NCBI RefSeq assembly: GCF_018977255.1
Contig: NW_024704743.1
Span: forward strand, 11,348,001-11,412,000
From: Callorhinchus milii
Taxonomy: Eukaryota
Length of the DNA: 64,000 nucleotides
Direction: 5' to 3'
Positions 37,588-50,100 of the stretch are shown here, piece after piece. Under the pieces are notes generated by a model. That model saw nothing but the letters and a program-made list of their open reading frames with translations, was not told where the DNA came from and did no database searches. The translations under genes were made by a program, and so were the position numbers. Position 1 is the stretch's first letter; each line of letters starts with the position of its first letter.

Positions 37588-39140
37588 TAACAACAACAAT
37601 AACTTGCAGTTATGCAGCAAAGTTTGTGCAGGACAGCATCCCAGAGCTCTACACAGTGGCGGGTTTGGAGGCCCAGGAAGGGAGAAGGGGATGTGACTGT
37701 AGGCTAGGCCTTAAAATAGGAGGGATGACACGGAGGGACTGAGGGACTTCCTAAGTGTGCAGTGACTGAAGGACACTGATGGTGATGACGTATCAAAATC
37801 TTCACTGTATCTCCTTGCTGGCTGTGGCATCATATGCCCTCTCTACTTCTGTCTTGGAATTCAATTCCCTGCTTGTCCCTCATCCTCTCCATTCCACCAT
37901 CTATGACCATGCTTTCAGCCACTATGCCCACTCTCTGGAACACCATGACAGAGTCCCTCTGACTGATTCCCTCCTGCAACTTGTTCAAGATCCACCTCAA
38001 GTCGGAGATGTTTGAGTGTTTGACCAAGCTTTCGGTCAACTTTCCCCTCTCCATCTCTGTCTCTCCATTCCCACCCCTAGCCCACGTGACCAGGCAGCAT
38101 TGCAAGCACTTTGAGATGTCCTACCAACGTGAAAGGTGTTGTATCAAATGCAGGGGAGATTCCAGGAAACTCATCGTCTCCCTCTTACCTCCCTCCCCCG
38201 CCCCCAGAAGAGAGAGTCTATGTGACAGACAAAAGCAGATCAGTTCAGGTTGAGTCAATTAGCTCCTTCAAACATAGAAGGGAAAGGATAGTGATGAGCA
38301 ATTCATCTGTGCAGATGGGCTGTGCCTGCAATGTTAGGACCTGGAGGCCCAGGGGAGAAACTTCACCTGAATCTCCATTTACTTAATTTATATAGTGTTC
38401 TAAGAGTGTCCCAGAATTCTGCAAATGGTTTAACGTTTAAGTGGCTTTTCTGCTCTTCTTTTAAGAAGAAGTAGATCTTGAGATGGATCTTTAACAAGGT
38501 GAAAGCGGGAGTGAGTTGGTGGGACTATGGGATGGAGCTCCAGAGAACAGGGACAGAAAGACTGAAGCCAGCAGTAGGGGGGATAGGGAGGGGGATATGA
38601 ACCAAGCTGAGCCAATGTAGTGGCAAGGTGAGTAGGGTTTGAGGAGGTTGTTGTTCTTAGTCACTGTGTCAACAGCAGCAATAACTTGCATTTTTAAAGC
38701 ATCCCTCACGCAGGATAATGTACCAGAACGCTTGACAGTGGCATAGCACAATGCCGAGCCAGGGGAAGGGAGGGATGACCATAAGCAAAGTCAAAGAGGA
38801 CGTTCTTTTACGCGCTCTGGGGCACTAACCCGCATGAAGGACTCTATTTAATACAAGTTGTTGTTGTTGACCTGAAGATAGAGGAAGAAGGGCAAGGCAG
38901 AGGGATAAAGGGAGAGTGTTCCAGAATTTCTGCTAGTAGCTGAAATTGGGTCTGCCGATGGTGGAGGGGACAAGGCACAAGCAGGATCCTGGAGCCCATC
39001 TAGCAGAGGCAGCAGGTAGTGGGTTTGGGGGTAAGCAGGTTGGAGAGGTAGGGAGGTGACAAGGCATGAAGGGATTTGAAGTCAAGTGTGAAGATCTTGA
39101 AATTGATCCGTTCAGTTATAGAGAGCCAGTGGCGCATGGC
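37588..39140. mobile_element. Cluster of short L2 3' fragments in both orientations
   Basis: Several L2 tails ((CAA)n/(GTT)n) and 3' coding remnants such as HSTIYDHAFSHYA. Confidence 0.7.
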
Positions 39141-39149
39141 TCTGTATTA

Positions 39150-40031
39150 TAGAAATAAGACCATAAGATGTAGGAGCAGGAATAGGCCATTCGGCCCCTT
39201 GAGCCTGCCCCACCATTTAATAAGATCATGGTTGATCTTCTAATCCTAATTCCATTTACCCGCCCTATCCCCATATCCCTTAATCCCTCTATCCTTTAGA
39301 AATCTATCAACCTCAGTCTTGAATATGTTCAAGGACTGAGCATCCATAGCCTTCTGGGGGTAGAGAATTCCACAAATTTACTACCCTCTGAGTGAAGAAA
39401 TGTTTCCTTAACTCAGTTTGAAAAAGCTAACCCTTAATTTTAAGACTATGACCCCTAGATTTGTATTCACCAACCAGGAGAAACAGTCTCACGGCATCTA
39501 CCCTGTCAAGATCTTTAAGAATCTTAAAGGAGTAGGCCATTCAGCCCCTTGAGCCTGCCCCGCCATTTAATAAGATCATGGTTGATCTTCTAATCCTAAT
39601 TCCATTTACCCACTCTATCCCCATATCCCTTATCGATTTCTATAAGATCACCTCTAATTCTTCTATATTCTAGGGAATATTGGCCTAGTTTACTCAACCT
39701 CTCCTCGTAGATCAACCCCCTCATCCCAGGAACCAACCTAGTGAATCTACGCTGCACTCCCTCTAAGGCGAGTATGTCCTTTCTTAAATAAGGAGACCAA
39801 AACTGCACACAATATTCTAGGTGCAGTCTCACCAAGGCCTTATACAACTGCAGCAACACTTCCTTACTCTTGTACTCTAACCCTTTTTCAACGAATGCCA
39901 ACATGGCATTAGCCTTCCTAGTTGCTTGCTGTACCTACATACTAACGTTTTGTGACTGGTGTACAAGGACACCCAAATCCCTCTGAACACTAGTCTCTCC
40001 CCCTCTAGAAAATAATCCACTTTTCTATTTT
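39150..40031 (-). mobile_element. CR1 LINE 3' fragment with internal 104-bp self-duplication
   Basis: LHLEYCVQFWSPYLRKDILALEGVQRRFTRLVPG; 39529-39632 repeats 39179-39282. Confidence 0.93.
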
Positions 40032-40224
40032 CATTCAGGAGCGGAGTCAGGAGAGCGCAGGGCGGAGCCGACGCCTAGCAGTGGGTATTAAAGCCCAGCG
40101 AGGTGAGGGAGGGTCACAGATTTACAAAAAGTGACGTTGGCGTGACGTCATAATTAAACAAAGTCCTGGCAGCCCCTGTCACTGCCATCCCAGCCACGAC
40201 CTGAGGGCTGATGCTGTTCCGCTG

Positions 40225-40541
40225 ATAATAATAATAATAATCCTTGCATTTGATATAGCGCTTTTCACGTCGAGAGGACGTCCCAAAGCGCTTCACAGAA
40301 CACCTGTAAAGTGAATTGACTGTATATTTGTGGGCGAACGCAGCAGCCAATTGTGCACAGCAATGTCCCACAAACAGTCGTAGATTGAAAATGACCAATT
40401 TATTATTGTTTTGTTTTTTTGGAGGGATTAGTATTAGGCATGTGGAGTAAGGAAACTTGCCCAAGGTTTTGCCCTGCCTGGAATTGAACTCGGGTCTCTC
40501 ACTTGCAAAGCGAGTGCTCTAACCACTGAGCTACAGGACTC
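40225..40541 (-). mobile_element. SINE family A, young subfamily
   Basis: Reverse complement of the 30413/34418 copies. Confidence 0.92.
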
Positions 40542-40542
40542 A

Positions 40543-41845
40543 CTGTCCATGATCTCATCCTGGATGAGCACCTCAACATTCTTGGGCTCACAGAAACCTG
40601 GCTCTCCCCCAATGACCCCATTCCCATAGTTGAAGCCTCCCCTCCAGGCTACTCCTTCCACCCGTCCAAACCAACGTGGCGGCATGGTGGCCCTCATCTC
40701 CAAAGCTTCCCTTAGTCTTTCCCCCTACTCCTCTGGCTGCTTCCCCTCTTTTGAGGACCTCACCCTCTTCCATCCCTGTCTCCCACTGAAAATCTTTCTG
40801 GTCTACAGCCCCCCTAATCTCCCTGGCTCCTTCCTCTCTGACATCTCTACTCTCCTCTCTTCCCTGTCCCTCTGCTCCGAGCGCCTGCTCATAATAGGCG
40901 ATTTCAACCTCGACCTAAACTCCCATTGCACCACATCTTCTGACTTCACTGCTCTCTTCTCCCCCCTAAACCTCACCTTTCACATTAATTCACCGACCCA
41001 CAACTGTTGCCATGCCCTCGACCTCGTCATCACCCACAGCTTTGATATTTCCGACCTGAGCATAGTGGACAAGGCCATCTCGGACTACTTCCTCATCTCC
41101 TTCTCCTCTCACATCCTTCTCTCCTCCACCAAGCCCTTAACCATACTCTACTGCCCGTGTAAAAGGCTATCCCCCTGAGATCCTCATAAAGACCCTCACA
41201 TCCTTCAATATCTTATCCCTCTGGCATTTCACCCCCAGAGATCCTGAAGCAGCTGTCCAGCTGCTCCATGATCACCTCTCCTCCACCTTCAACTCTTGTT
41301 TTCCTGAAATCCAGACCATCTCCAAACCCACCCGATCCCCCTGTTATAACAGTCATCTCCGCTCCCTAAAAATCCAACCTGGCTGCTTGAGCGCAGATGG
41401 CAGAAAACAGTTCATCACCAACTGTGGCTCAAGCATTGCCACAGCTGCCGCCGTTCCTTAACGTGTGCGAAAACGGCCTTCTCCTCCAGCATAATCTTGG
41501 AGCCAAAAAACAATCCCAAAGTCCTTTTTTCCACCACCCACTACCTCCTCCGTGCGCCCTCCTCAATCTTCACATCAAATGCCAAGAGCGAGGAGGTCAC
41601 GGACTTCTTTTTAACCAAAATAAACAATATCCGCCAGGCAGTCTCATCCTGCTGCCTCTTGTTACCCACCACCACCCCCTCCCCATCTCCCCCATCCTAC
41701 ATTGCACCCTCCCCATCTCTCCTTCCTCCCTCTCACCCACCATCACTTCAACGAAATCCACCACCTGCTGCCTCGACCCCCTCCCCACCAACTTGCTAGT
41801 CACCCAATTCCCCATCCTCTGCCCACTACTGGCTGATGTCATTTT
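40543..41845 (+). mobile_element. L2 LINE ORF2 endonuclease and linker region, decayed
   Basis: ctcacagaaacctgg (LTETW), GGMVALI, VYSPP, LLIIGDFNL, HALDLVIT, ISDYFLI, CCLDPLPT. Confidence 0.9.
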
Positions 41846-41852
41846 TTTCATG

Positions 41853-42797
41853 GATTCATAGATTCATAGAATGTTACGGCACAGAAGGAGGCCATTCAGC
41901 CCATCGAGTCTGTGCCGGCTCTTTGACAGAGCAAGTCACTTTCACTAACCCCAATCACCAGCTTTCTCCCCATAACCCTGCAAACCCGTCTTCCCCAGAT
42001 ACCTGTCCAGTTCTCTCTTAAAAGCTGTTATCGAATCGGACTTCACTACCCTTTCAGGCAGATCATTCCAAATTCGAACAACTCGCTGAGTGAAAAAATT
42101 TCTTCTCACCTCCCTTCTTTTGGTAGATAGCTTCTTTTGGTAGATATCTTAAGACTGTGACCACGGGTCACAGACACACCTACCAGCAGAAACAGCTTTT
42201 CCCTATCCAGCCTGTTGAAATCTTTCATGATCTTGAAGACCTCTATCAGGTCCCCACGTAACCTTCTCTGCTCTAATGGGAAAAGTCCTAACTTCTCCAG
42301 CCTGTCCTCATAGCTAAGGTTCCCCATTCCTGGTATGATTCTCGTGAATCTCCTCTGCACCCTTTCCAGTGCCTTAATATCCTTCCTGAAGTAAGGTGCC
42401 CAGAACTGGACGCAGTGCTCCAGCTGAGGCCTAACCAGTGTTTTGTATAGATTAACCATAACCTCCCTACTCTTATACTCTATGCCCCTACTAATAAAGC
42501 TCAGTACACCAAATGCCTTTTTTACTGCCTTATCTACCTGCCCCGCTACCTTTAATGATTCGCTTACTTGAACACCCAGATCTCTCTGTATGTTCACCCC
42601 CTTAAGATTGAGCTACCAAGTCTATATTGCCTCCTATCATTTTTCCTACCTAAGTGTATCACCTCACACTTATCCACATTGAAATCCATCTGCCACATGT
42701 CAGCCCATTCCACCATTCTGTGTATGTCTGCTTGTAGTTGGTTACAGTCCTCCTCACTATTTACTACCCTACCTAACTTTTTATCATCTGCAAACTT
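41853..42797 (-). mobile_element. CR1 LINE 3' fragment
   Basis: KFADDKKLG, WADMWQMDFNVDKCEVIHLG, RPQLEHCVQFWAPYF. Confidence 0.95.
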
Positions 42798-42992
42798 GGT
42801 TGCTAAATATGTCACCTTAGAGCCAGTTCAGCTCCAAGGTGACATATTTGGATGTTTTGACATCTGATAAGCGCAGATTTCAGCTTCACTAGTAATGTTA
42901 GGTACAAGCAACTCCCCGGTGGGCAACATACTTCAGCATGAAATGCGGGAGAGCATTGCCACCATCTTCCTCTCCACAGCTTGAGCGCACTC
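42798..42992 (-). mobile_element. Family C fragment covering the CCHC-like region
   Basis: Minus strand SSCGEEDGGNALPHFMLKYVAH aligns with 23471-23533. Confidence 0.7.
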
Positions 42993-43404
42993 TAGCTCTA
43001 TTTCTGCCATACCATCATCATTCGCTCCTTAGACAGCTATTTCATTCTCTTCTTAAAGCTTCCTTGCTCTAGTGGTCAGATTGCTCTTGCTTTACTTCCA
43101 CATGATGTGTTTGGAGGCTGTGACTGAGAGAGCTCACTAAAGAGTCGCGCATTGTAACATGACAGGATGGTCCTGCAGTGACATATGTGTGGGATTGCAG
43201 ATGTCTGGGTTTAGGCAGTAAGACCTCAATTTGCTCCTGGGTTTGGGTTTTACTGTAAACCATAGGATGAAACTGCAGCTTTGTACTATGTCCCTGTCAG
43301 CGCTATACTTTACATCAGGTTGGTCCAAACTTTTGGCTGCCCCGAGCCGGATTCCCTATTTGAGAAAGGTCCGTGGGCCGCATAAGCAATATTTTGTGTT
43401 TTCC

Positions 43405-43672
43405 TTCCAGAAACACAGCACCTTTTTTATGTTGGAAGGACGTTACAAAGTGCTCAACTGCGCTGGGGGCAGTTGGTAGTGGGGGGGTGGGGGGAGAGAG
43501 CCGAGTGACATGGGATGGGGAGGGGCAAAGAAGACTGAAAGCACGGTCAAAGAGTTAGTGCCTTGAAAGAGAGAGGGGATGGAGTTGGAGACACTCCAGG
43601 AATGGAACTCCAGAGAGCGGGGGAAAATGGCGATGGTTGAGCAAGTGGGATGGGGGGCATGAAGCAAGCTGG
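43405..43672 (-). mobile_element. L2 LINE 3' end
   Basis: Tail and 3' coding remnant on minus strand. Confidence 0.78.
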
Positions 43673-44320
43673 TCCCTCTCCCTCTCTCACAACACTCTCT
43701 CCCCTCTCACACTTTCTCGCTCTGCTCTCCCCCTCCTTCATTCTTTCTTTCTCTCCCTCTCTCTCTCAATCACTCTCTCTCTCTTTATAAATCACCCTCT
43801 CTCAATCTCGCTCTCTCCTCTCATTCACCCTCTCACACAGGGACACTCTCGCTCCCCTCTTTCAATCACTCTCTTCCCCTCTCTCACACTCTATCTTTCA
43901 CAACTCTCTCCCCTCTCACACTTTCTCTCTCACACAATCTCTCTCTGCTCTCTCCCCCTCTCAATAACTCTCTCTCCCCCTTTCCATGAATCATTCCCTC
44001 TTCCCCTCTCTTTCACTCTCTCTCCCCTTCTTTCACACAGTCCCTTTCTCTCACTCAATCACTGTCTCTCCCCTACCCCCTCTCCCTCCCCTTTCTCTCC
44101 CCCTCTCTTCTCTCTCAATCCCTCCCTCTCCCCCCTCTTTCCCCCTCTCTATTCCCTTCTGTCCCTTTCTTCCCCTTCTCTTCCACCCTCTCAATCCTCT
44201 CCTAATCCCATTCTCCATCCCTCTCCCCATCCCCCTTCTCTTTTCCCCCCTCTCCCCTCCTCTCCCCCCCTACCCCCTCTTTCCCCCTCCCTCAATCAAT
44301 CTCTCTCAATCCCCCTCTCT
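43672..44320. repeat. CT-rich low-complexity tract
   Basis: About 650 bp of nearly pure pyrimidines. Confidence 0.9.
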
Positions 44321-44817
44321 GAAGTTGGAATGTTGGAAATGGTCTCTGGCCATATGAAAAACAACAAAACTACATTTGTATATCCCCTTTCACATCAGGA
44401 GGAAGTCCCAAGGCACTGAATCACTCATTGGGCCGGATGTGGCCCGTGGGCCTCATGTTGGACTACCCTGCTTTGCAACAATAATTGTGCGTATGATACA
44501 GCACCTTTTACATTGGTAGGACATCTCTTTACAGGATGTATCTGGGTTTAAAATCTCATCCAAGGAACCACACCTCTGACAAGGCAGTGCTCCCCCAGTT
44601 CTGCACTCGAGTGTCAGCCTGGACTAGCTCAAAGTGCCAATATGTGGCTGCCAACAAAGCCAGGCTGACACTAATGCTGCCCTTATGCTCCAAGACTACT
44701 TACTCTTGTAAAAGGGCAGATAGAACTTTGTTGTTCTATTATATTTCAGGGTGGAAATTAGAAGGTGTAATATGTAAATTAACACAACAAAAAAAAGACT
44801 TTCTGATGATTGTTAAG

Positions 44818-45212
44818 TGTGTCAGCTTGGCTCTGTGGTAGCATTCTTGCCTCTGAGTCAGAAGGTTGTGGGTTCAAATCCTACATCGGAACTTGAACTC
44901 ACATAGGCTAAGCTGAAACTCCAGTTTAGTGCTGGTGGTGTGCTGCATTTCCAGAGCGGCTGTAGGACATTAAAAATCCCATGGCACTACTCAAAAAGAG
45001 AAGGGAGTTTTTCCTAATGTCCTGGCCAACAGTCCCCCAAACAAAAAATTAGTCACACCCACCACAGCTGTTTGTGGATCAACTGGCTGTCGCTTTCACC
45101 CACGAAATACACAGTCAATCCACTTTACAGTACATCCTGCAAAGGGCTTTGAGACTTTGAGACAGCTCAATGATGTGATAAGACGTTATATCAAAGGCAA
45201 GGATTATTATTG
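44818..45212 (+). mobile_element. SINE family B with tail
   Basis: tgtcagcttggctctgtggtagc head, Deu domain, ggattattatt. Confidence 0.85.
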
Positions 45213-45289
45213 TTATAAATTGACTGGTCCTTGGGTGTATCAGTGGCTTTTCCATGCATTGGCACTGCGGGTTGTAATGTTGCACTGCT

Positions 45290-45602
45290 GGTGAGCAGGT
45301 TACATCTTGGACCATTACTCCACCATTGCCGGGTGGGCCTTATGCCACTCTGCCCCCACCCTCTGGAACTCCATCCCGCAGACCCTCCGTCTCGCCCCCT
45401 CCTTTGCCTCCTTCAAGCCCCATCGCAAGACCCTCCTCTTCAACCATGCTTTCGATTAATCTGCTTTTCCCCTGCCCTCCACCCTACCCGATCCCAACCC
45501 CTAGCTCAGGACCAAAATTTGGACTGTCCAGCACCTTAGGACGCCCTCCCGATATGAAAGGCGCTGTACAAATGTAATTTTGTTGTTGTTGTTGTTGTTG
45601 TT
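45290..45602 (+). mobile_element. L2 LINE 3' end
   Basis: ccctctggaactcc...gaaaggcgctgtacaaatg followed by (GTT)n. Confidence 0.85.
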
Positions 45603-45637
45603 CATCTCCCTTAACTCCTCAATGCCTCTCCCCACTG

Positions 45638-46062
45638 CAGGAAGGAGGGGGAGAGGCAAGGAGTGAGTGAGGGAGGGGCAGAGGGAGGAAGGGGCAGAGG
45701 GAGGGAGTGAGTTAGGGAGGGGGAGAGGGAGGAAGGAGGAGAAGAAGGGAGTGAAGGACGGGGAGAGAGAGGAAAGGGGAGATGGAGGAGGAGAGGGAAG
45801 GGGAGAGGGAGGGACTGAGGGAGGGGGAGGAGGAGAGGGAGGAAGTGAAGGAGGGGGGAAAGGAGGAGAGGGAGGGAGCGAGGGAGGGGGAAAGGAGGAG
45901 AGTGAAGGAGTGCAGGAGAGGGAGGGGGAAAAGGAGGAGAGGGATGGAGAGAGTGAGTGAGGGAGGGGGAAGGCAAAAAGGGAAAGAGGGGGAGAGAGGG
46001 GTAGGGAGGGAGAGTGGGACAGAGAAGGAGGGAGAGTGAGACAGAGAAGGAGGGAGAGAGGG
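45638..46062. repeat. GA-rich low-complexity tract
   Basis: About 420 bp of nearly pure purines with many GG/GGG runs. Confidence 0.9.
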
Positions 46063-46519
46063 TTTAACTCCAGTGCACCCGGGGATCAGCTGATGTGTTA
46101 AATATGGTAAAGTCACAAAATTTAATGCATGTTTTAATTAGCACAGTAGGTATTAATTAACACATGACAACATAGCAATTTTCAGCCCAAAAAGTGCAGT
46201 TTATTGCTACATGCCTTCCTCAGCATGCGGGAAGGGATGGTGTCACTTGGGGGCACAGGCGACAGCAACACTCAGATTCACCGTGACAGGGGTGGGGGTG
46301 GGGGGGTGGAGCTAGGGTGGGATGGAGATTCCAATTAAGCACCGGAAAAAAAATAACAAGGCCGTGAGAATTTGCAACACAATAATTAATCACGTAACAC
46401 TAATGGGTTACTATCAGCTGTGCTCAAGCTCTGCGCATTGTCCGCTTTAATGTGCACTGATCATAATGACTAAAAATTACACTGATCCTGAAAATACCGC
46501 AACTATTAAAACCCACACA

Positions 46520-46910
46520 AGAACATAAGAATTTGCTAGGCAAAGGAAGATCAAGATCCATGCAGTTCGCCTTCCACCATCCTGACAGACGTGTCCCAAA
46601 CTACACGGTGACCAAAAAGTCATGAAGCTGCCCTATTATCTAAAAAAAATAATTTATTTAACCTTATCAGACATTGTAATGGTATCACAACTTTTTGGTC
46701 ACCTGTACATACTTTATCGCAAGATATTATTTCCTAATGGAAATCTATCCAATTTGTTCTTGAATGATTTGACACTTTCTGCTTTTACTGTTTCCTTGGG
46801 GAGCCTGTTCCATATATTTACTACTTGCTAACTGAAGTAGTGTTTCCACAGATTTCTTCTGAATTTACCCCCATTCAATCACAGGCCATGTCCTCTGGTT
46901 CTACTGTTCA
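46520..46910 (-). mobile_element. Old CR1-like 3' end
   Basis: aagaacataagaa tail; gagcctgttccatatatttactac typical of the reversed CR1 3' region. Confidence 0.55.
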
Positions 46911-47139
46911 GTACAAGATTCTACTGTTCAGTACTAGTAAACACCCAATATTAATGCTGTGCTTGGCGCCACCCAGTTTTGCCAACAAAATACACAATCA
47001 ATTTACTTTACAATATATTCTGTGAAGCGCTGTGAAATGAGTCAACGATATAAGGCGTTATATCAAATACAAGGATTATTAATATTCTTATTAGTTGATT
47101 ACTTTTTTTGACTGGGGATTATATATATATATTTTAAAA

Positions 47140-50100
47140 AAAGGCATAACGTTACTCAGTGTTGACTTATTCCATCTTCGCTGACCAGCCCCCCACCCCC
47201 ACCATTCGCTCTTAGTCTCGGCATGCACATTCTGGCTGCCTCCGAGCTGCTTCCTCGTAATGCTCCCACCCCTATCCTCTACCCTCCATTACTCCCGCTT
47301 GGTCCTCCGCTCCCAATACCCTCCCTGACTCCTATCCCTGCTCGACCGTCCCTCTGCTCCAGCCTGCAAATCCTCCGTCGGGTCTAATGTGGGAGATGCC
47401 ACTGCCTGTCCAACAACAGCCACTCTGACTGCCCTATCCTCCATTCTCGCCACAAGGCTCATCGGTCCCTGACCATGGGGGCCAACCTCTCCTCCCTGAT
47501 CCACATCCCCTGTCAATCCTTCCCCTCACCCCCCACATTCCGTCACCAACTGTCCCCTCTGCATCGGTCTACAAAATGTCTGCTCCCTCTCCAACAAAAC
47601 ATCGACAATCTCGCCCTCAGTGAAATCTGCGTCACTCCAGGCAACACCTTCCCCCTACAGAGGCCACACCACCCGGATACACCTTTCATCATACCTCACA
47701 ACCTAACTGCCGTTTTGGCGGTGTGGCTCTCATCTCATGGTCCCCACTTGGCCTATCCCCTTACTCCTCTGGAACCTTCACCCCCTTTGAGCGCCTTACC
47801 CTCTATCACCCCTCACACCTTTCTCTCAAAATTCTCCTTATCTATCGTACCCCCTCTAGCCCTCCCCCATCTTCCTCCCTGACATCTCCACCCTCCTATC
47901 TTCCCTCTCCCTCTACTCCAAACGCCTCCTCATCCTAGGCAACTTCATTTCACCCCCTCCTGCTCTATCTCTGCTAACTTTTCCTCCCCTATCTCCTCCC
48001 TCAAACTCTCCCTAGACATTCACTCCGCCACCCACGTCCGCGGTCACCCCCTTGACCTGGTGATCACTCGGGGCCTCACCATCTCAGACCTCACCATCAT
48101 CGTCAAAGCGATCTCGGAGCATCCTTTCATCTCCTTTAACTCCTCAATTGCTCTCCCCACTGCCACTCAACCCACCTCCATCTCCTACCCCCACTGGAAA
48201 AAATCTCCGCCCCCTCCTTCTCGGCTGCCTTGAAGTCATCTGAACTACTTCCCCTCTCGACTTCCTCCTGCAATAACCTATCCTCCTCAGTTACTCTTCT
48301 CCACAGCTCCCTCTCCTCCACTCTCGATTGCCTTGCTCCCCTGTCTTCCTGAACCGTCTCCTATTCACGTAAGTCACCGTGGTACACCAGCCACCTCCAC
48401 TCCCTTAAAGCACAGGCGTGTGCTGCTGAGCGCATCGGGCTTAAATCAAACTTAATGGTCCATCGGCAGATCTAGCTGGACCTAGTCAAATCCTACTGCT
48501 CAGGCCTCACCTCCGCTTAATCGTTGTTCTATTCCAAGACAATCTTGGAGGCTAAGGACAATCTGAGGCTCCTCCTCTCCATCACGAATCGCTGCTCCGC
48601 CCAAACTATTGTGCCTCGCCCATCCTCACCTCAAATGCCAACTGTGAGGCGACGATGGACTTCATCAAATCCAAAGTCGAGGGAATCCACTTAGCTGCCA
48701 TCTCTACTCCCAAACTACCGCCCCATCTCCAACCTCCCTTTTCTCTCTAAGGTCCTGGAATGAATTGTTGCTTCCCAGCTTCACTCCTTCCTCTCTCACC
48801 ACTCCCTGCACGAACCTCTCCAATATGGTTTCTGTGCCGTCCACAGCACAGAAACAGTCCTGGTCAAAGTGACAAATGACCATTCATCTGCGACCAGGGC
48901 TCCCACTGCCTCCTCATCCTCTTTGACCTCTCTGCTGCCTTCAACACCGTCGACCTTGCTATCCTCATCCACCGTCTCTCCTCTCACCTCAACCTTCACG
49001 GCTCTGTCCTTGACTGGTTCAGATCGTACCTCTCACACCGGCTCGACTTCATCTCCACAAACAGTTTCTCGTCTAGCCCCCAGACCGTCTCATGCAACGT
49101 TCCTCAGGACTCTGTCCTTGGTCCCCTCCTCTTCAATATCTATATGCTCCCTCTTGGTGACATAATCCGCAGACATGGGGTCAACTTCCACATGTATGCG
49201 GATGACACCAAACTTTACCTCTCTGCCTCCACTCTCGACTCCAGGACCACTGCTGTCCTGACAGAATGTCTGTCGGACATCAAGTCCTGGATGAGAGCTA
49301 CCTTTCTTCAGTTGAACATCAACAAGTCCGAGGCTCTCCTGATTGGCTCCTGTCAGCGCCTCCACACCTCAGGCACTGACAGCATCACCATCAATGGTGG
49401 CACACCCCACCTTGCTAAGCCAGTCCAGAACCATGGGGTATTGTTTGACCTTCAAATATCCTTTCTACCCCACATCTGAACCATGACCCGCTCTACCTTC
49501 CCCCACTTCTGCCATTGTCTCACACCACAGGCCGCCAAAACCCTCATACGTGCCTTCATTAGTGGAGTCCTGTAGCTCAGTGGTTAGAGCACTCACTTTG
49601 CAAGCGAAACACCTGGGTTCAATTCCAGGAGGGCGAAACCTTGGGCAAGTTTCCTTACTCCACACACCTAATAATTATCCCTCCAAAAAACAAAACAATA
49701 ATAAATTGGTCATTTTCAATCTACGACTGTTTGTGGGTCACTGCTGTGCGCAATTGGCTGCCGCGTTCGCTCACAAATATACAGTCAATTCACTTTACAG
49801 TATATTCTGTGAAGTGCTTTGGGCCGTCTAGAAGACATGAAAAGCGCTATATCAAATGCAAGGATTATTATTATTATTATTCATTATATCGAGACTCGAC
49901 TATGCAAACTCTTGGCTTGTTGGCCTCCCCAACTCCTCCCTAGATAGGCTGCAGATCATCCAGAACTGCAGCCCGTGTCCTCTTCCGCACCAAGCTCCGT
50001 GACCCTATCAGCCCGATCCTTGCCCGATTCCACTGGCTTCCCATTACACAGAGGATACAGTTCACGATCCTGATCCTCACCTTCAAAGCCCTCCATGGTC

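Larger units (their letters stand above)
43316..44470. mobile_element. Non-autonomous hAT-type DNA transposon (MITE) with secondary insertions
   Basis: Imperfect TIR caggttggtccaaac...gttggactaccctg; subterminal gggccggatgtggcccgtgggcc; 8-bp flanks ctttacat / ctttgcaa (6 of 8 match). Confidence 0.7.

Noticed and set aside
43637..44419. 260-aa Leu/Ser/Pro-rich ORF, and Gly/Glu-rich ORFs at 45611-46116
   Set aside because: Translations of CT and GA low-complexity tracts
44590..44672. 13-bp inverted repeat agtgtcagcctgg...ccaggctgacact
   Set aside because: Intrinsic stem flanking the SINE B head; not a separate element
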